Shown: piece after piece, positions 1 to 7,619 of the stretch
How the letters are laid out: every line of letters starts with the position of its first letter
Position numbering within the stretch: position 1 is the stretch's first letter
Origin: a virus
DNA length: 64,000 bases
IMG/VR virus record: IMGVR_UViG_3300045988_075599
Coordinates: 1-64,000 of that record
Reading direction: 5' to 3' (one strand)
Translations under genes and position numbers: made by a program
Notes under the pieces: generated by a model
What the model saw: the letters and a program-made list of their open reading frames with translations, nothing else
Database searches by the model: none
Told to the model about the DNA's origin: nothing

Positions 1-334
1 AGTCTACATCAAAAACTAGACTTGGTTCTTGGTCTTCGTATTCAGTTGTTAATACATCTTCTAAGTATTTCACATTGTGTGAATTGCACATAATATGCGT
101 TCTGTAATACCGTGGGCGGATCATATCCCAATCAATACTTAACAAATGTTTTGTGTTTGGAGTAACACCCACATATACAGCACCTAAGTCATAATTACCC
201 ACCTGAATAACGGTTACTCCTGTTGGAACGGTAAACACCCCATCACCATCTATTGATACAGTTCCCGTAGGTACATTAACTTGTGCCGCCGTTGCTGAAA
301 ACGATGTGTTATTTGTAAATGTTCCTGATTTCAT
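1..334 (-). CDS. hypothetical protein, N-terminal part only (gene runs off window start); distal tail-fibre module
   Basis: ATG at 334..332 preceded by a purine-rich SD-like run. My reverse-strand translation (MKSGTFTNNTSFSATAAQVNVPTG...) stays open to position 1. Absent from the ORF track because there is no stop inside the window. Confidence 0.4.
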   Translation of the reverse strand, partial: MKSGTFTNNTSFSATAAQVNVPTGTVSIDGDGVFTVPTGVTVIQVGNYDLGAVYVGVTPNTKHLLSIDWDMIRPRYYRTHIMCNSHNVKYLEDVLTTEYEDQEPSLVFDVD

Positions 335-355
335 TATTCTTTCCTTCCTTTACAA

Positions 356-778
356 CTATAATAATGTGTATGTAACTTTTATCTGCTCCTTGTCCTTAAT
401 GCCAATTGCTTCTGTGGACATCGCATATTCGTAAAGGCCATTAGAATTTTTATGTTTTATGAGATAGTCTTTTCCTTTAATGCGTAAGATACATTTACGA
501 TTTACTAGTACCATAAACCAATCATTATCTTCTTCCTCGCCATTTTCAAGATGGTATATACTCTCATGGTTGTCCAATAGTCTTAAAATTTGAAGTCCAT
601 CAATCTCCTGTGGCGTTATACTTCCAATATGGTTCTTATAGTTATCCGGCGTAATACCGAAACCATAAACATCGTAATGCATCTCGTTCATAGAGTCCAT
701 GTCACTGTTAGTATAGTGTTCCGCCGTTACGATAAAGGCTTTTTCTTTCTCGCTTGCTTCACTAGCACTAAATGTCAT
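356..778 (-). CDS. hypothetical protein (tail-fibre module)
   Basis: Track ORF 356..811 trimmed to the ATG at 778, which has GGGAGGA about 9 nt upstream. 140 aa, no recognisable motif. Confidence 0.5.
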   Translation of the reverse strand: MTFSASEASEKEKAFIVTAEHYTNSDMDSMNEMHYDVYGFGITPDNYKNHIGSITPQEIDGLQILRLLDNHESIYHLENGEEEDNDWFMVLVNRKCILRIKGKDYLIKHKNSNGLYEYAMSTEAIGIKDKEQIKVTYTLL

Positions 779-782
779 ATTT

Positions 783-1202
783 CTATTGATCCTCCCCCCC
801 CGCATTGACATTTAATGTCCCTGCGGTATAGCCATCAGCAGGGATAACTTCTGCTTCATAGGATGTACCCTTTGGGATAACGAATGAGGACGTGTGGTCT
901 GTACCCCCGCTCTTTTGCGGCGTGTATACGTGGATTGTCTGATTGGCACTTTGTGTAATTGTTACATTTACATAAGTTATGGCTTCTTTCCATGCCGCAT
1001 AAGTTGTGCCATTTTTCTCTACCCTTAAATGGGTCGCATTGGCATCAGTAATGCTTCCCAGTTTTACATACCCCTTTGTCCCGTCAACTTCGAGAGCAAG
1101 GTAAGGACTGCCGCCTACTTCTTCGGCTGTTGTATAAATATTACAAGTCTCTTCTGTACCACCTGACTTTAAGATATGCAGTTTTTTAGTAAGTGTACCC
1201 AT
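783..1202 (-). CDS. hypothetical beta-rich protein (tail-fibre module)
   Basis: ATG at 1202 with TAGGAGG SD. 139 aa. The last codons run through a G8 homopolymer. Confidence 0.5.
   Translation of the reverse strand: MGTLTKKLHILKSGGTEETCNIYTTAEEVGGSPYLALEVDGTKGYVKLGSITDANATHLRVEKNGTTYAAWKEAITYVNVTITQSANQTIHVYTPQKSGGTDHTSSFVIPKGTSYEAEVIPADGYTAGTLNVNAGGEDQ
794..801 (-). repeat. G8 homopolymer on the coding strand (C8 on +)
   Basis: Read directly: cct-cccccccc-gc. It lies in the last codons of 783..1202 and inside the open upstream extension of the 356..811 frame. Confidence 0.95.
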
Positions 1203-1211
1203 CAAGTCCTC

Positions 1212-1382
1212 CTATTCCACCCATATTTGTTTACCATCAATATCCAACACTGTATCATGGTCAAGTGTTTTCAGTTTATCTAACTCTACATACAGACGGT
1301 CGCGTTGGAGTTCAATGATGTAATACTCATCGGCGGTATATCCGCCTAGCCAATGTATAATGTAATTCTTTATTCGACCCAT
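1212..1382 (-). CDS. small hypothetical protein (56 aa)
   Basis: Below the track size cutoff. Its ATG overlaps the stop of 1370..2191 (ATGGGTCGAATAA), and its stop abuts the SD of the next gene. Translation: MGRIKNYIIHWLGGYTADEYYIIELQRDRLYVELDKL... Confidence 0.4.
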   Translation of the reverse strand: MGRIKNYIIHWLGGYTADEYYIIELQRDRLYVELDKLKTLDHDTVLDIDGKQIWVE

Positions 1383-2191
1383 AATTCGCTCCCGTTAATA
1401 CTGATATGACCGTTAGATAACGGAACATAATTTACTTTAACGTAATCTTCGGTGGCAATATTCTTAGTTGAAGTTATTGCATCATACACATTCGCCAACG
1501 AAATTTGCACAGTACCTGACCCATCTAACAAAGGTGCTATGTACATATATGTAGAATCTTTATTCTTAAATTTTATCCACTGTGTGGTTGCCATTATTTT
1601 TCCATCCGCATTAGATATAGACATGCCAGACGGACCTAAACCTACACCAGATCGTGAATCTTCTGTACTTATTATTTTCAAAGGATAATCCTGAGCAGTA
1701 TTTATTTCAAGTGTTTCGCTATCCATATCCCACTTATTGTCTAGGTTATATTTAATTACTTTATTCTGCACTGGATTAGTGCTGGTGTCAGACAGTTTAC
1801 TATCTACTGTGATATTGCTACCAGTTGGAATATCTGATTTTTTTGCGTAAGTATCTACAATCTTATTACCTTCAGAATCGCGGAGGGCATTACCAGAAAT
1901 ATTGATATCCCAAGTACCAGTAGCACCAGTACCATGAATTGTGGGAGTGAATAAATTATAATTACCTTCGTCAAGTATCGTAAGACCATCTTTCGCTATA
2001 GAGCCATTATCTTTATTTACCAGTGAAACATCACTTAGACCTGTAAGACATACCTCATGTGCGCTAATCTTTTTTCTAAAAATGGTGTCCCCAGTTACCG
2101 TACCGCCAGTGAGTTTTAAGTAGTTATTACCGATATAAGTTTTAAGATTATTGAGGAACTTTGTCAGGTTCCCCAGTGTAATATATGGCAT
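1370..2191 (-). CDS. tail fibre / receptor-binding-like protein
   Basis: 273 aa with a GGAGG SD. The N-terminal LKLTGGTVTGDTIF motif is typical of phage fibre proteins as I remember them. Sits in the fibre cluster. Confidence 0.6.
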   Translation of the reverse strand: MPYITLGNLTKFLNNLKTYIGNNYLKLTGGTVTGDTIFRKKISAHEVCLTGLSDVSLVNKDNGSIAKDGLTILDEGNYNLFTPTIHGTGATGTWDINISGNALRDSEGNKIVDTYAKKSDIPTGSNITVDSKLSDTSTNPVQNKVIKYNLDNKWDMDSETLEINTAQDYPLKIISTEDSRSGVGLGPSGMSISNADGKIMATTQWIKFKNKDSTYMYIAPLLDGSGTVQISLANVYDAITSTKNIATEDYVKVNYVPLSNGHISINGSELWVE

Positions 2192-2208
2192 AAGGTTCCT
2201 CCAATTTC

Positions 2209-3060
2209 TTAGAATAAACCGTCGATGTCTGTATCAGTTGCGGAATCAATAGCGAAAATGCCACCAAAATTATCCCATTCAGCACCATCCCACACGACAT
2301 TATCGCCAGCTTTAATGTTGTGAGTAGCATCAGCAGTTTTTACATTATACATATCACCGTTTTTCTGCCCAGCCAGTGGAAGGTCTGCATAAGTTTTTAC
2401 AGAACCACGATTAACAACAGCTGTAGACACGTCAGACTTGAGAGCGTATTTAGTCATTTCGGTATTAAAGGAAGCCTTAGACAGGTAGGTATTAGCAGCG
2501 TTTGCTTTAGTTTCAAACGGAGAGGTATCAATATTACCCTGTACAGCAGACAGGATACCGTCGGATGTAATACTCAGGTTGGCACCAATCTTGATACCAC
2601 CAAGAGTGGATGTGGTTGCCATTGGAAGAGTATAGCTGTTAGCACCATCCTCAACTCCCGCCAGTTTGTTCTTCTCTGCCGTAGTGTAGTCATTAGTAGA
2701 GAGAGTTTTACCAACTACTTTATCAACCTTACCAGCAAGGTCAGAGGTAGCAGAAGCCTTGGTGTAATACTTACTATCAGCGGCAGCAACCGTCTGATAA
2801 GACGAAAGGTCAACAGACATAACACCAGTGGAAGAAATAGTTACATTACCGCCACCTTTAACGCCACCAAGTGTGGTAACGCTAGCGGTTGGAAGTGCGT
2901 ATCTATTAGCGCCAGCTGCGATGCCAGCAAGTTTAGTCTTTTCTGCTGTAGTATAATCGTTAGTAGAAAGAGTTTTGCCAGCTTCTTTTGCCACAAAGAC
3001 TTCTTTAGTTTTATCGTAAAAGTGAGACAGTTGGGCAAGTTTAATAAATTTATCAGCCAT
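2209..3060 (-). CDS. tail fibre protein with internal duplication
   Basis: Track ORF trimmed to the ATG at 3060 (MADKFIKLAQLSHFYDK...). Contains two copies of GKTLSTNDYTTAEK.KLAG...LP.A...TLGG(V/I)K. Confidence 0.65.
   Translation of the reverse strand: MADKFIKLAQLSHFYDKTKEVFVAKEAGKTLSTNDYTTAEKTKLAGIAAGANRYALPTASVTTLGGVKGGGNVTISSTGVMSVDLSSYQTVAAADSKYYTKASATSDLAGKVDKVVGKTLSTNDYTTAEKNKLAGVEDGANSYTLPMATTSTLGGIKIGANLSITSDGILSAVQGNIDTSPFETKANAANTYLSKASFNTEMTKYALKSDVSTAVVNRGSVKTYADLPLAGQKNGDMYNVKTADATHNIKAGDNVVWDGAEWDNFGGIFAIDSATDTDIDGLF
2545..2979 (-). repeat. two ~56-aa direct repeat units inside the fibre gene
   Basis: Units at aa 35-90 and 124-179 of the track ORF are near-identical at the protein level and diverged at third codon positions. 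Confidence 0.8.
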
Positions 3061-3064
3061 TAAA

Positions 3065-4573
3065 TTAGTACCTTTCTGCAAAAATCAAATCAATATCATC
3101 ATTAGTTGCAATGTTACTTACAACGCCATCCACATATTTCATAATAGTAGCGTTGTTCTGACCAACCTTCGCGTCAGTATAGTCACTAGCTTTGGTGAAT
3201 CCTTCGATATCACCAGTCTCCCTATTCTGAACCTCGGTATCTAACCTATCAGACAACGCCATATCGGAAGCCTGTAACTTGTCAACTTGCGTTTTGATGT
3301 TGGCGTTAATCTCATCGTCAGACGCCTTACGAGTATTTGCTTCGCTAGCCAGACTATTGGAGAGTTCGCCAATCTTCTTGGTAACGTTAGCGGCTACGTT
3401 AGCATCATTTCCAAGGGCATCAGCCAATTCCTTCAGGGTATCGAGTGCTTCTGGGGCACCACCAATAAGAGCAGCAACCTTACTATCAGTATACAGTTTA
3501 GAGGTGCTTACACCTTCATTCACTTTAGCAGTAACCTGCTGAGAGGTATCAGCGCCCATTTGAGCAAGGGTAACATCTTTAGTCGTGTTATCAAAGTATA
3601 AGACATGAAGAGCACCCTTAGCTTCGCCAGTAATTTCTTTTACTGGGTTGTCAAGATTGTCTAACTGAGCCTGTAAATTATTGGCGATATTCTTTGCTTC
3701 CGTAATAGCTTTATTAACTTTGATGGCGTCAGACTTAGCAGCCTCCATGTAGTCGTTAGCATTAGTTTCAGATTTCTTTGCCTCTGTCATAGAACCGTGT
3801 GCCTGACTTGCAGAGTCAGCAGCATTAGCTTCTGCCAGTTTAGCTTTGTTGAGAAGAGCAGATGTATCCGCCTTCATCTGTTCCACTTCCTGCTTTGCTT
3901 TATTGATAGCAGTAAAAGTTCCCGCAGCTTCCTGCACTTTGTTTCTACCGTACAAAGCCCAAGAGCGAGAGGATTGTGTCAGTCCAGTAGGAGATTCAAA
4001 GTCTGGCTCTCTATCTGGAGTAGTTTCAGATACCGCCCATGCTTCAGCCTTATTGACACTACGTTCGATATCAACCATCGCATCGTCGTGTGCAGTCTTG
4101 ATTTGTTCAAGAGAGTAGGTACGCACTTTATGAATTTTATCTTCAGCGCCACGTTCCCACTGGTCGATATTGGCTTTAGCCTGTGTCAGCAAAGAATTGA
4201 ATGTACTGGTCATGTACGTCATCTTTTCAGAGACCAGCGTATTGATGGTGTTTACACCAGACGTACTAGCACTCTGTGTATCCTGTAGTGCTTGCTGTGC
4301 CTTCTCCGCGTTTGTCTTTGTGGAGGCTTCGAGTTTCGTTACGTTCGCTTCAGAGGCTTGAATCTTTTTATAGGTAGAATCAATGCCATCTTTAATGGAA
4401 GTAACGTCACCAAGTGCAGCACCAGCGTCCTGCGTCTTACCGTCATCATACGTGATGATGAGGTGGGCTTGGTCGTCTAGTGCTACACTGGAGATACCGA
4501 TACCACGTTCCCCTTTCTGCCCGTAACGCAATGTTACTTTGACAGGAGAACTGGATACAGTTACATGATTCAC
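3065..4573 (-). CDS. tail fibre protein (coiled-coil shaft)
   Basis: 502 aa. GTG start 6 nt after GGAGG, overlapping the upstream stop. Long A/K/E-rich heptad-like stretch. GGAPEALDTLKELADALGND resembles the phage tail-fibre repeat signature. Confidence 0.65.
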   Translation of the reverse strand: MNHVTVSSSPVKVTLRYGQKGERGIGISSVALDDQAHLIITYDDGKTQDAGAALGDVTSIKDGIDSTYKKIQASEANVTKLEASTKTNAEKAQQALQDTQSASTSGVNTINTLVSEKMTYMTSTFNSLLTQAKANIDQWERGAEDKIHKVRTYSLEQIKTAHDDAMVDIERSVNKAEAWAVSETTPDREPDFESPTGLTQSSRSWALYGRNKVQEAAGTFTAINKAKQEVEQMKADTSALLNKAKLAEANAADSASQAHGSMTEAKKSETNANDYMEAAKSDAIKVNKAITEAKNIANNLQAQLDNLDNPVKEITGEAKGALHVLYFDNTTKDVTLAQMGADTSQQVTAKVNEGVSTSKLYTDSKVAALIGGAPEALDTLKELADALGNDANVAANVTKKIGELSNSLASEANTRKASDDEINANIKTQVDKLQASDMALSDRLDTEVQNRETGDIEGFTKASDYTDAKVGQNNATIMKYVDGVVSNIATNDDIDLIFAERY

Positions 4574-4974
4574 ATGCTACCTCCTTGAGAAATACCTGGG
4601 GAAATAAATGCTTTACCGTTGCAGATTCGTTTAACGTCATGTCCGTCGAACATATTAACATCCCAATAAAGCTCTTCCCATTCTTTATAAGAATTACCAC
4701 CAGTATCAATGGAAGCAGTTTCTTCCGCAGTCAGTGATAAATTAACGATACCATTTTTAGGGTCTACGTCTACTTGATGCATCTTCGCGATAACCGTGGT
4801 ATCCTCGGCCGACGCCTTTATACTAGCGTAAAACTTGTAACCACTAATATCAATAGGTGTATCTTCTTCTCCCTCAAGGAGTTCAAACTGAATATCAAAG
4901 TCTGCCCCTTGAGCAATAACGATATCAACTACTGGTACTAGCGGTGTTGCATTATCGCAGTTATGTCTTAACAA
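4570..4974 (-). CDS. hypothetical structural protein
   Basis: 134 aa, TTG start 6 nt after GGAGG, beta-rich. Function unknown. Confidence 0.45.
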   Translation of the reverse strand: MLRHNCDNATPLVPVVDIVIAQGADFDIQFELLEGEEDTPIDISGYKFYASIKASAEDTTVIAKMHQVDVDPKNGIVNLSLTAEETASIDTGGNSYKEWEELYWDVNMFDGHDVKRICNGKAFISPGISQGGSM

Positions 4975-5011
4975 GTTACACCTCCATAACTAAGTCCATA
5001 ACGTAAAAGAG

Positions 5012-5350
5012 CTAAGGTGCACCAGAGCAACCGCCGCATGATGCCGTACAGCCAGTGCTACAAGCTCCACCACAATTATACGAACAGCTACTACATTCAC
5101 CTCCGCAGGAGCCTCCGCATCCACCTACACATGTACCGCCACAGCTGTTGCCACATGTGGAACTACAGTTAGCTGCACACGAGTTCATACAGTTTAGTAT
5201 TTCTTGTTGAGCGTCCTTCAGGTCGTCAATCTCAACCGACAGATACGAATCGTTCTCAAGGAGTTTGCACAGGTCTCCGTACAATGAGTTTGTGATTGGG
5301 TCTCCGTGCTTCTTACTAGAAGCAGACAGAGCTGTATGTTTTAATGGCAT
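5012..5350 (-). CDS. Cys-ladder protein B (RiPP-precursor-like; 112 aa)
   Basis: Track ORF trimmed to the ATG at 5350 (AAGGGG SD). The C-terminal 55 aa carry 15 Cys at CX3C/CX2C spacing and end in CGGCSGAP. The N-terminal region is homologous to 5514..5861. Confidence 0.6.
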   Translation of the reverse strand: MPLKHTALSASSKKHGDPITNSLYGDLCKLLENDSYLSVEIDDLKDAQQEILNCMNSCAANCSSTCGNSCGGTCVGGCGGSCGGECSSCSYNCGGACSTGCTASCGGCSGAP

Positions 5351-5354
5351 TTGT

Positions 5355-5501
5355 CTACCCCTTAATCTGGCTTTGCGCCTTGTGGGCAATCTGATTCATC
5401 GTGTCGATTTGAGATTGCTGTGACTTATCTTTATTTAACAGGTCATTAAGTCTGTCGTATAAACTCTTTTTTACCCTTTCTCCTTGCTTTACTTCATCCA
5501 T
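5355..5501 (-). CDS. small coiled-coil-like protein (48 aa), not in ORF track
   Basis: AAAGGAGGG SD followed by ATG at 5501. Translation: MDEVKQGERVKKSLYDRLNDLLNKDKSQQSQIDTMNQIAHKAQSQIKG. Its stop sits 4 nt before the next ATG. Confidence 0.45.
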   Translation of the reverse strand: MDEVKQGERVKKSLYDRLNDLLNKDKSQQSQIDTMNQIAHKAQSQIKG

Positions 5502-5513
5502 AATTCCCTCCTT

Positions 5514-5861
5514 TTAAGGTGCACCATCGCAACCGCCGCACCCATCGCAACCTCTACAACTATTTCCGCAGCCACCTTGACAACTACCAGTGCAGCTAAC
5601 ACAGCTAGACTTGCACCCACCAGTACAAGATGAACACCCATCGGAACAGGAGCTAGAGCAAGATACGGCACACGAGTTTGCGCAGTCAGATATTCTATCC
5701 GATACATATCTTCTGTTCGCTAACTCCGTGTCAAGTACGCTTTCGTTTGACAATAGGGATTGAAGGTCTGTAAAAATACTAGCTGTGATAAACCCACTAT
5801 CTTTTGTTTCTATTTTGTTTATTAACCCATCTATTTTTAGCTCCCTCCTTCCACAAATCAT
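5514..5861 (-). CDS. Cys-ladder protein A (RiPP-precursor-like; up to 115 aa)
   Basis: 15 Cys between aa 60 and 111 at CX3C/CX2C spacing, ending in CGGCDGAP. The start is uncertain: the ATG at 5861 has no SD, while an in-frame ATA at 5834 follows GGAAGGAGGGAG by 6 nt. Confidence 0.6.
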   Translation of the reverse strand: MICGRRELKIDGLINKIETKDSGFITASIFTDLQSLLSNESVLDTELANRRYVSDRISDCANSCAVSCSSSCSDGCSSCTGGCKSSCVSCTGSCQGGCGNSCRGCDGCGGCDGAP

Positions 5862-6747
5862 AATTAGCTTTTACATAAGAACACAAGGAATCTCCATAGA
5901 TAGCCTTACGAACTATACACTGTATACACACATCATTCATTTCACAGGTGCTGCATTTTTCTTTATCCATCTTTCTTCCTGCATCGAGGTCGGCAATACC
6001 AAAGTTTGCCTCGTGACAGCCATACAGTTTTCCAGTTGGGCTTATCCCTATCCAGCCACACTCACTCGGGGAGCCACAGAACCTTTGCATACAAGCATCG
6101 TTGTTTGTATCGCAAATAAGTTTCTTGTACTTCTCTATAGTATTGCTATCTGCAAGTTCGTCATATTTAAGGAAGTTCCAGTAGATAGATACAGGGAAAC
6201 CCTTGCTGTTTATAAAGTCTATATTCTGTTTTGCTCTGTCCAACAGAAGTTTGTTCTCTATCACGTAAACACAGAACACACTTCTAGCGCCACAGCTTTT
6301 CAGGAACTCGTAGGTATCGTCTGTTAAATATCTAGGGTTCTTCTGTGCATGGTCAAAACTTGCGGCTATAACAAAGTTACAACCGCGGTCTTTCATCCAG
6401 AGAATAAGTTCTCTGCCTTCTTCAGTATTCAGTTTGTGGCAGTTGGTGACGATGTTATATTCTATACTTATACCGTATTCTTCCATCTGGTCGCACAATA
6501 GAACTATCTTCTTTATTAAGTCTGGGTGTAAGAGTGGTTCTCCGCCCTCTATTTCCACAGACAAAGAGTCGTCAAGTATTTGCCTATTGTTTAGGATTGC
6601 ATAAAGGGATTGTAACTGAGAGCCACTTCCGTCCAATCTCTTTGAGATTTCACTATTTATTTGCGTACAATATCTGCAATGGCAGTCACAATCAAATCCA
6701 GTCGCTACCCGAAGACTCTTTATCTTTTTTATTTTATCCTCTTCCAT
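5797..6747 (-). CDS. radical SAM enzyme with SPASM-like C-terminal domain (rSAM-2)
   Basis: CDCHCRYC contains CX3CX2C at aa 20-27. The C-terminus has CGWIGISPTGKLYGC (GX4C) followed by CSTCEMNDVCIQC. Confidence 0.8.
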   Translation of the reverse strand: MEEDKIKKIKSLRVATGFDCDCHCRYCTQINSEISKRLDGSGSQLQSLYAILNNRQILDDSLSVEIEGGEPLLHPDLIKKIVLLCDQMEEYGISIEYNIVTNCHKLNTEEGRELILWMKDRGCNFVIAASFDHAQKNPRYLTDDTYEFLKSCGARSVFCVYVIENKLLLDRAKQNIDFINSKGFPVSIYWNFLKYDELADSNTIEKYKKLICDTNNDACMQRFCGSPSECGWIGISPTGKLYGCHEANFGIADLDAGRKMDKEKCSTCEMNDVCIQCIVRKAIYGDSLCSYVKANYDLWKEGAKNRWVNKQNRNKR

Positions 6748-6979
6748 GTTTTTCTACCGAAGACATTAGATAACATGCGATATTATCCATTGCCGTTTTA
6801 CAACTCTCCCGCGTGTACGGGTCTTTAATTTTATCCATGCTATAGTTTGCCAACTTCAGAAACAAGATTCCAACATTTTCCGTAAGGACTGCGAGGTCTT
6901 TTTCTGATTTGATATTTGCTACATCGTCTTTCTCTAGCACAATGTCATTCTTATCGGTTACACTAATCTTCATTTTCAA
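6734..6979 (-). CDS. hypothetical protein (81 aa)
   Basis: ORF track. Overlaps both neighbours, consistent with a coupled operon. No motif recognised. Confidence 0.45.
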   Translation of the reverse strand: MKMKISVTDKNDIVLEKDDVANIKSEKDLAVLTENVGILFLKLANYSMDKIKDPYTRESCKTAMDNIACYLMSSVEKHGRG

Positions 6980-7619
6980 TAGCCCTTACCCTTTCTTTGA
7001 CAGCTTCAACGGCAGCATTAACCTGTTCGGTTTGCGTTAAAAATTCTTCAATACTAGAACTATCTTCTTCTGAGATAGGTGGCTCAGCATCGTCTTCGTC
7101 CAGAGACATCGCAGCAGCCTGATTGTTTCTGTTAATATAATCATTGAGCAGAATGGATACAATCTTCCGAAGAGATAACAGCTCGTCTCTCACAGATACA
7201 GAACCTTCAATAGCGGCATTAGTCGCCCATGCAGCTCTCTTATCGAGAGACGGTTTGTCTTTGTATCTAAACTCAAAGTTCACCCAATCGGCAGTAAAGT
7301 CATTGAAGTTTTTCGCAATCCAAGGAATCGTGTACTCTGGAACCCCTTCTTTGTTAATCGGCATAAACCTAACGGGGAAGCAGTAGCCTTTTGGATATGG
7401 TTCTTTGCCCATCCTCTTCAGCCAAGCCTCGTAGTCCTCGTGTGTTTCAAAAAACTTACCCCCGTCATACGGGTAAAACACACTAGTGTTATATTTGTAT
7501 CTGTCAAAAACGTGTGGGTCAGAAGATTCAAAGAAGTAGTCTGTAAATAATCCAGGAATATCAGTGCCTCTGTTCATTTTATCTTCTTCGTTCTTGACGC
7601 TCGCAAATACGTAAATCAA
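6963..7619 (-). CDS. hypothetical protein with acidic C-terminus (218 aa)
   Basis: ORF track. TTG start overlaps the rSAM-1 stop; an alternative ATG lies at 7576. No motif recognised. Confidence 0.5.
   Translation of the reverse strand: MIYVFASVKNEEDKMNRGTDIPGLFTDYFFESSDPHVFDRYKYNTSVFYPYDGGKFFETHEDYEAWLKRMGKEPYPKGYCFPVRFMPINKEGVPEYTIPWIAKNFNDFTADWVNFEFRYKDKPSLDKRAAWATNAAIEGSVSVRDELLSLRKIVSILLNDYINRNNQAAAMSLDEDDAEPPISEEDSSSIEEFLTQTEQVNAAVEAVKERVRAIENED

Noticed and set aside
5012-5861. Cys-rich ORFs as chance low-complexity frames or simple metallothioneins
   Set aside because: The two copies have a conserved non-repetitive N-terminal region, the same Cys count and the same C-terminal GAP. 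SD-linked starts sit in an operon directly after two rSAM/SPASM-like genes. Simple metal binding remains an alternative and is listed under the finding rather than dismissed.
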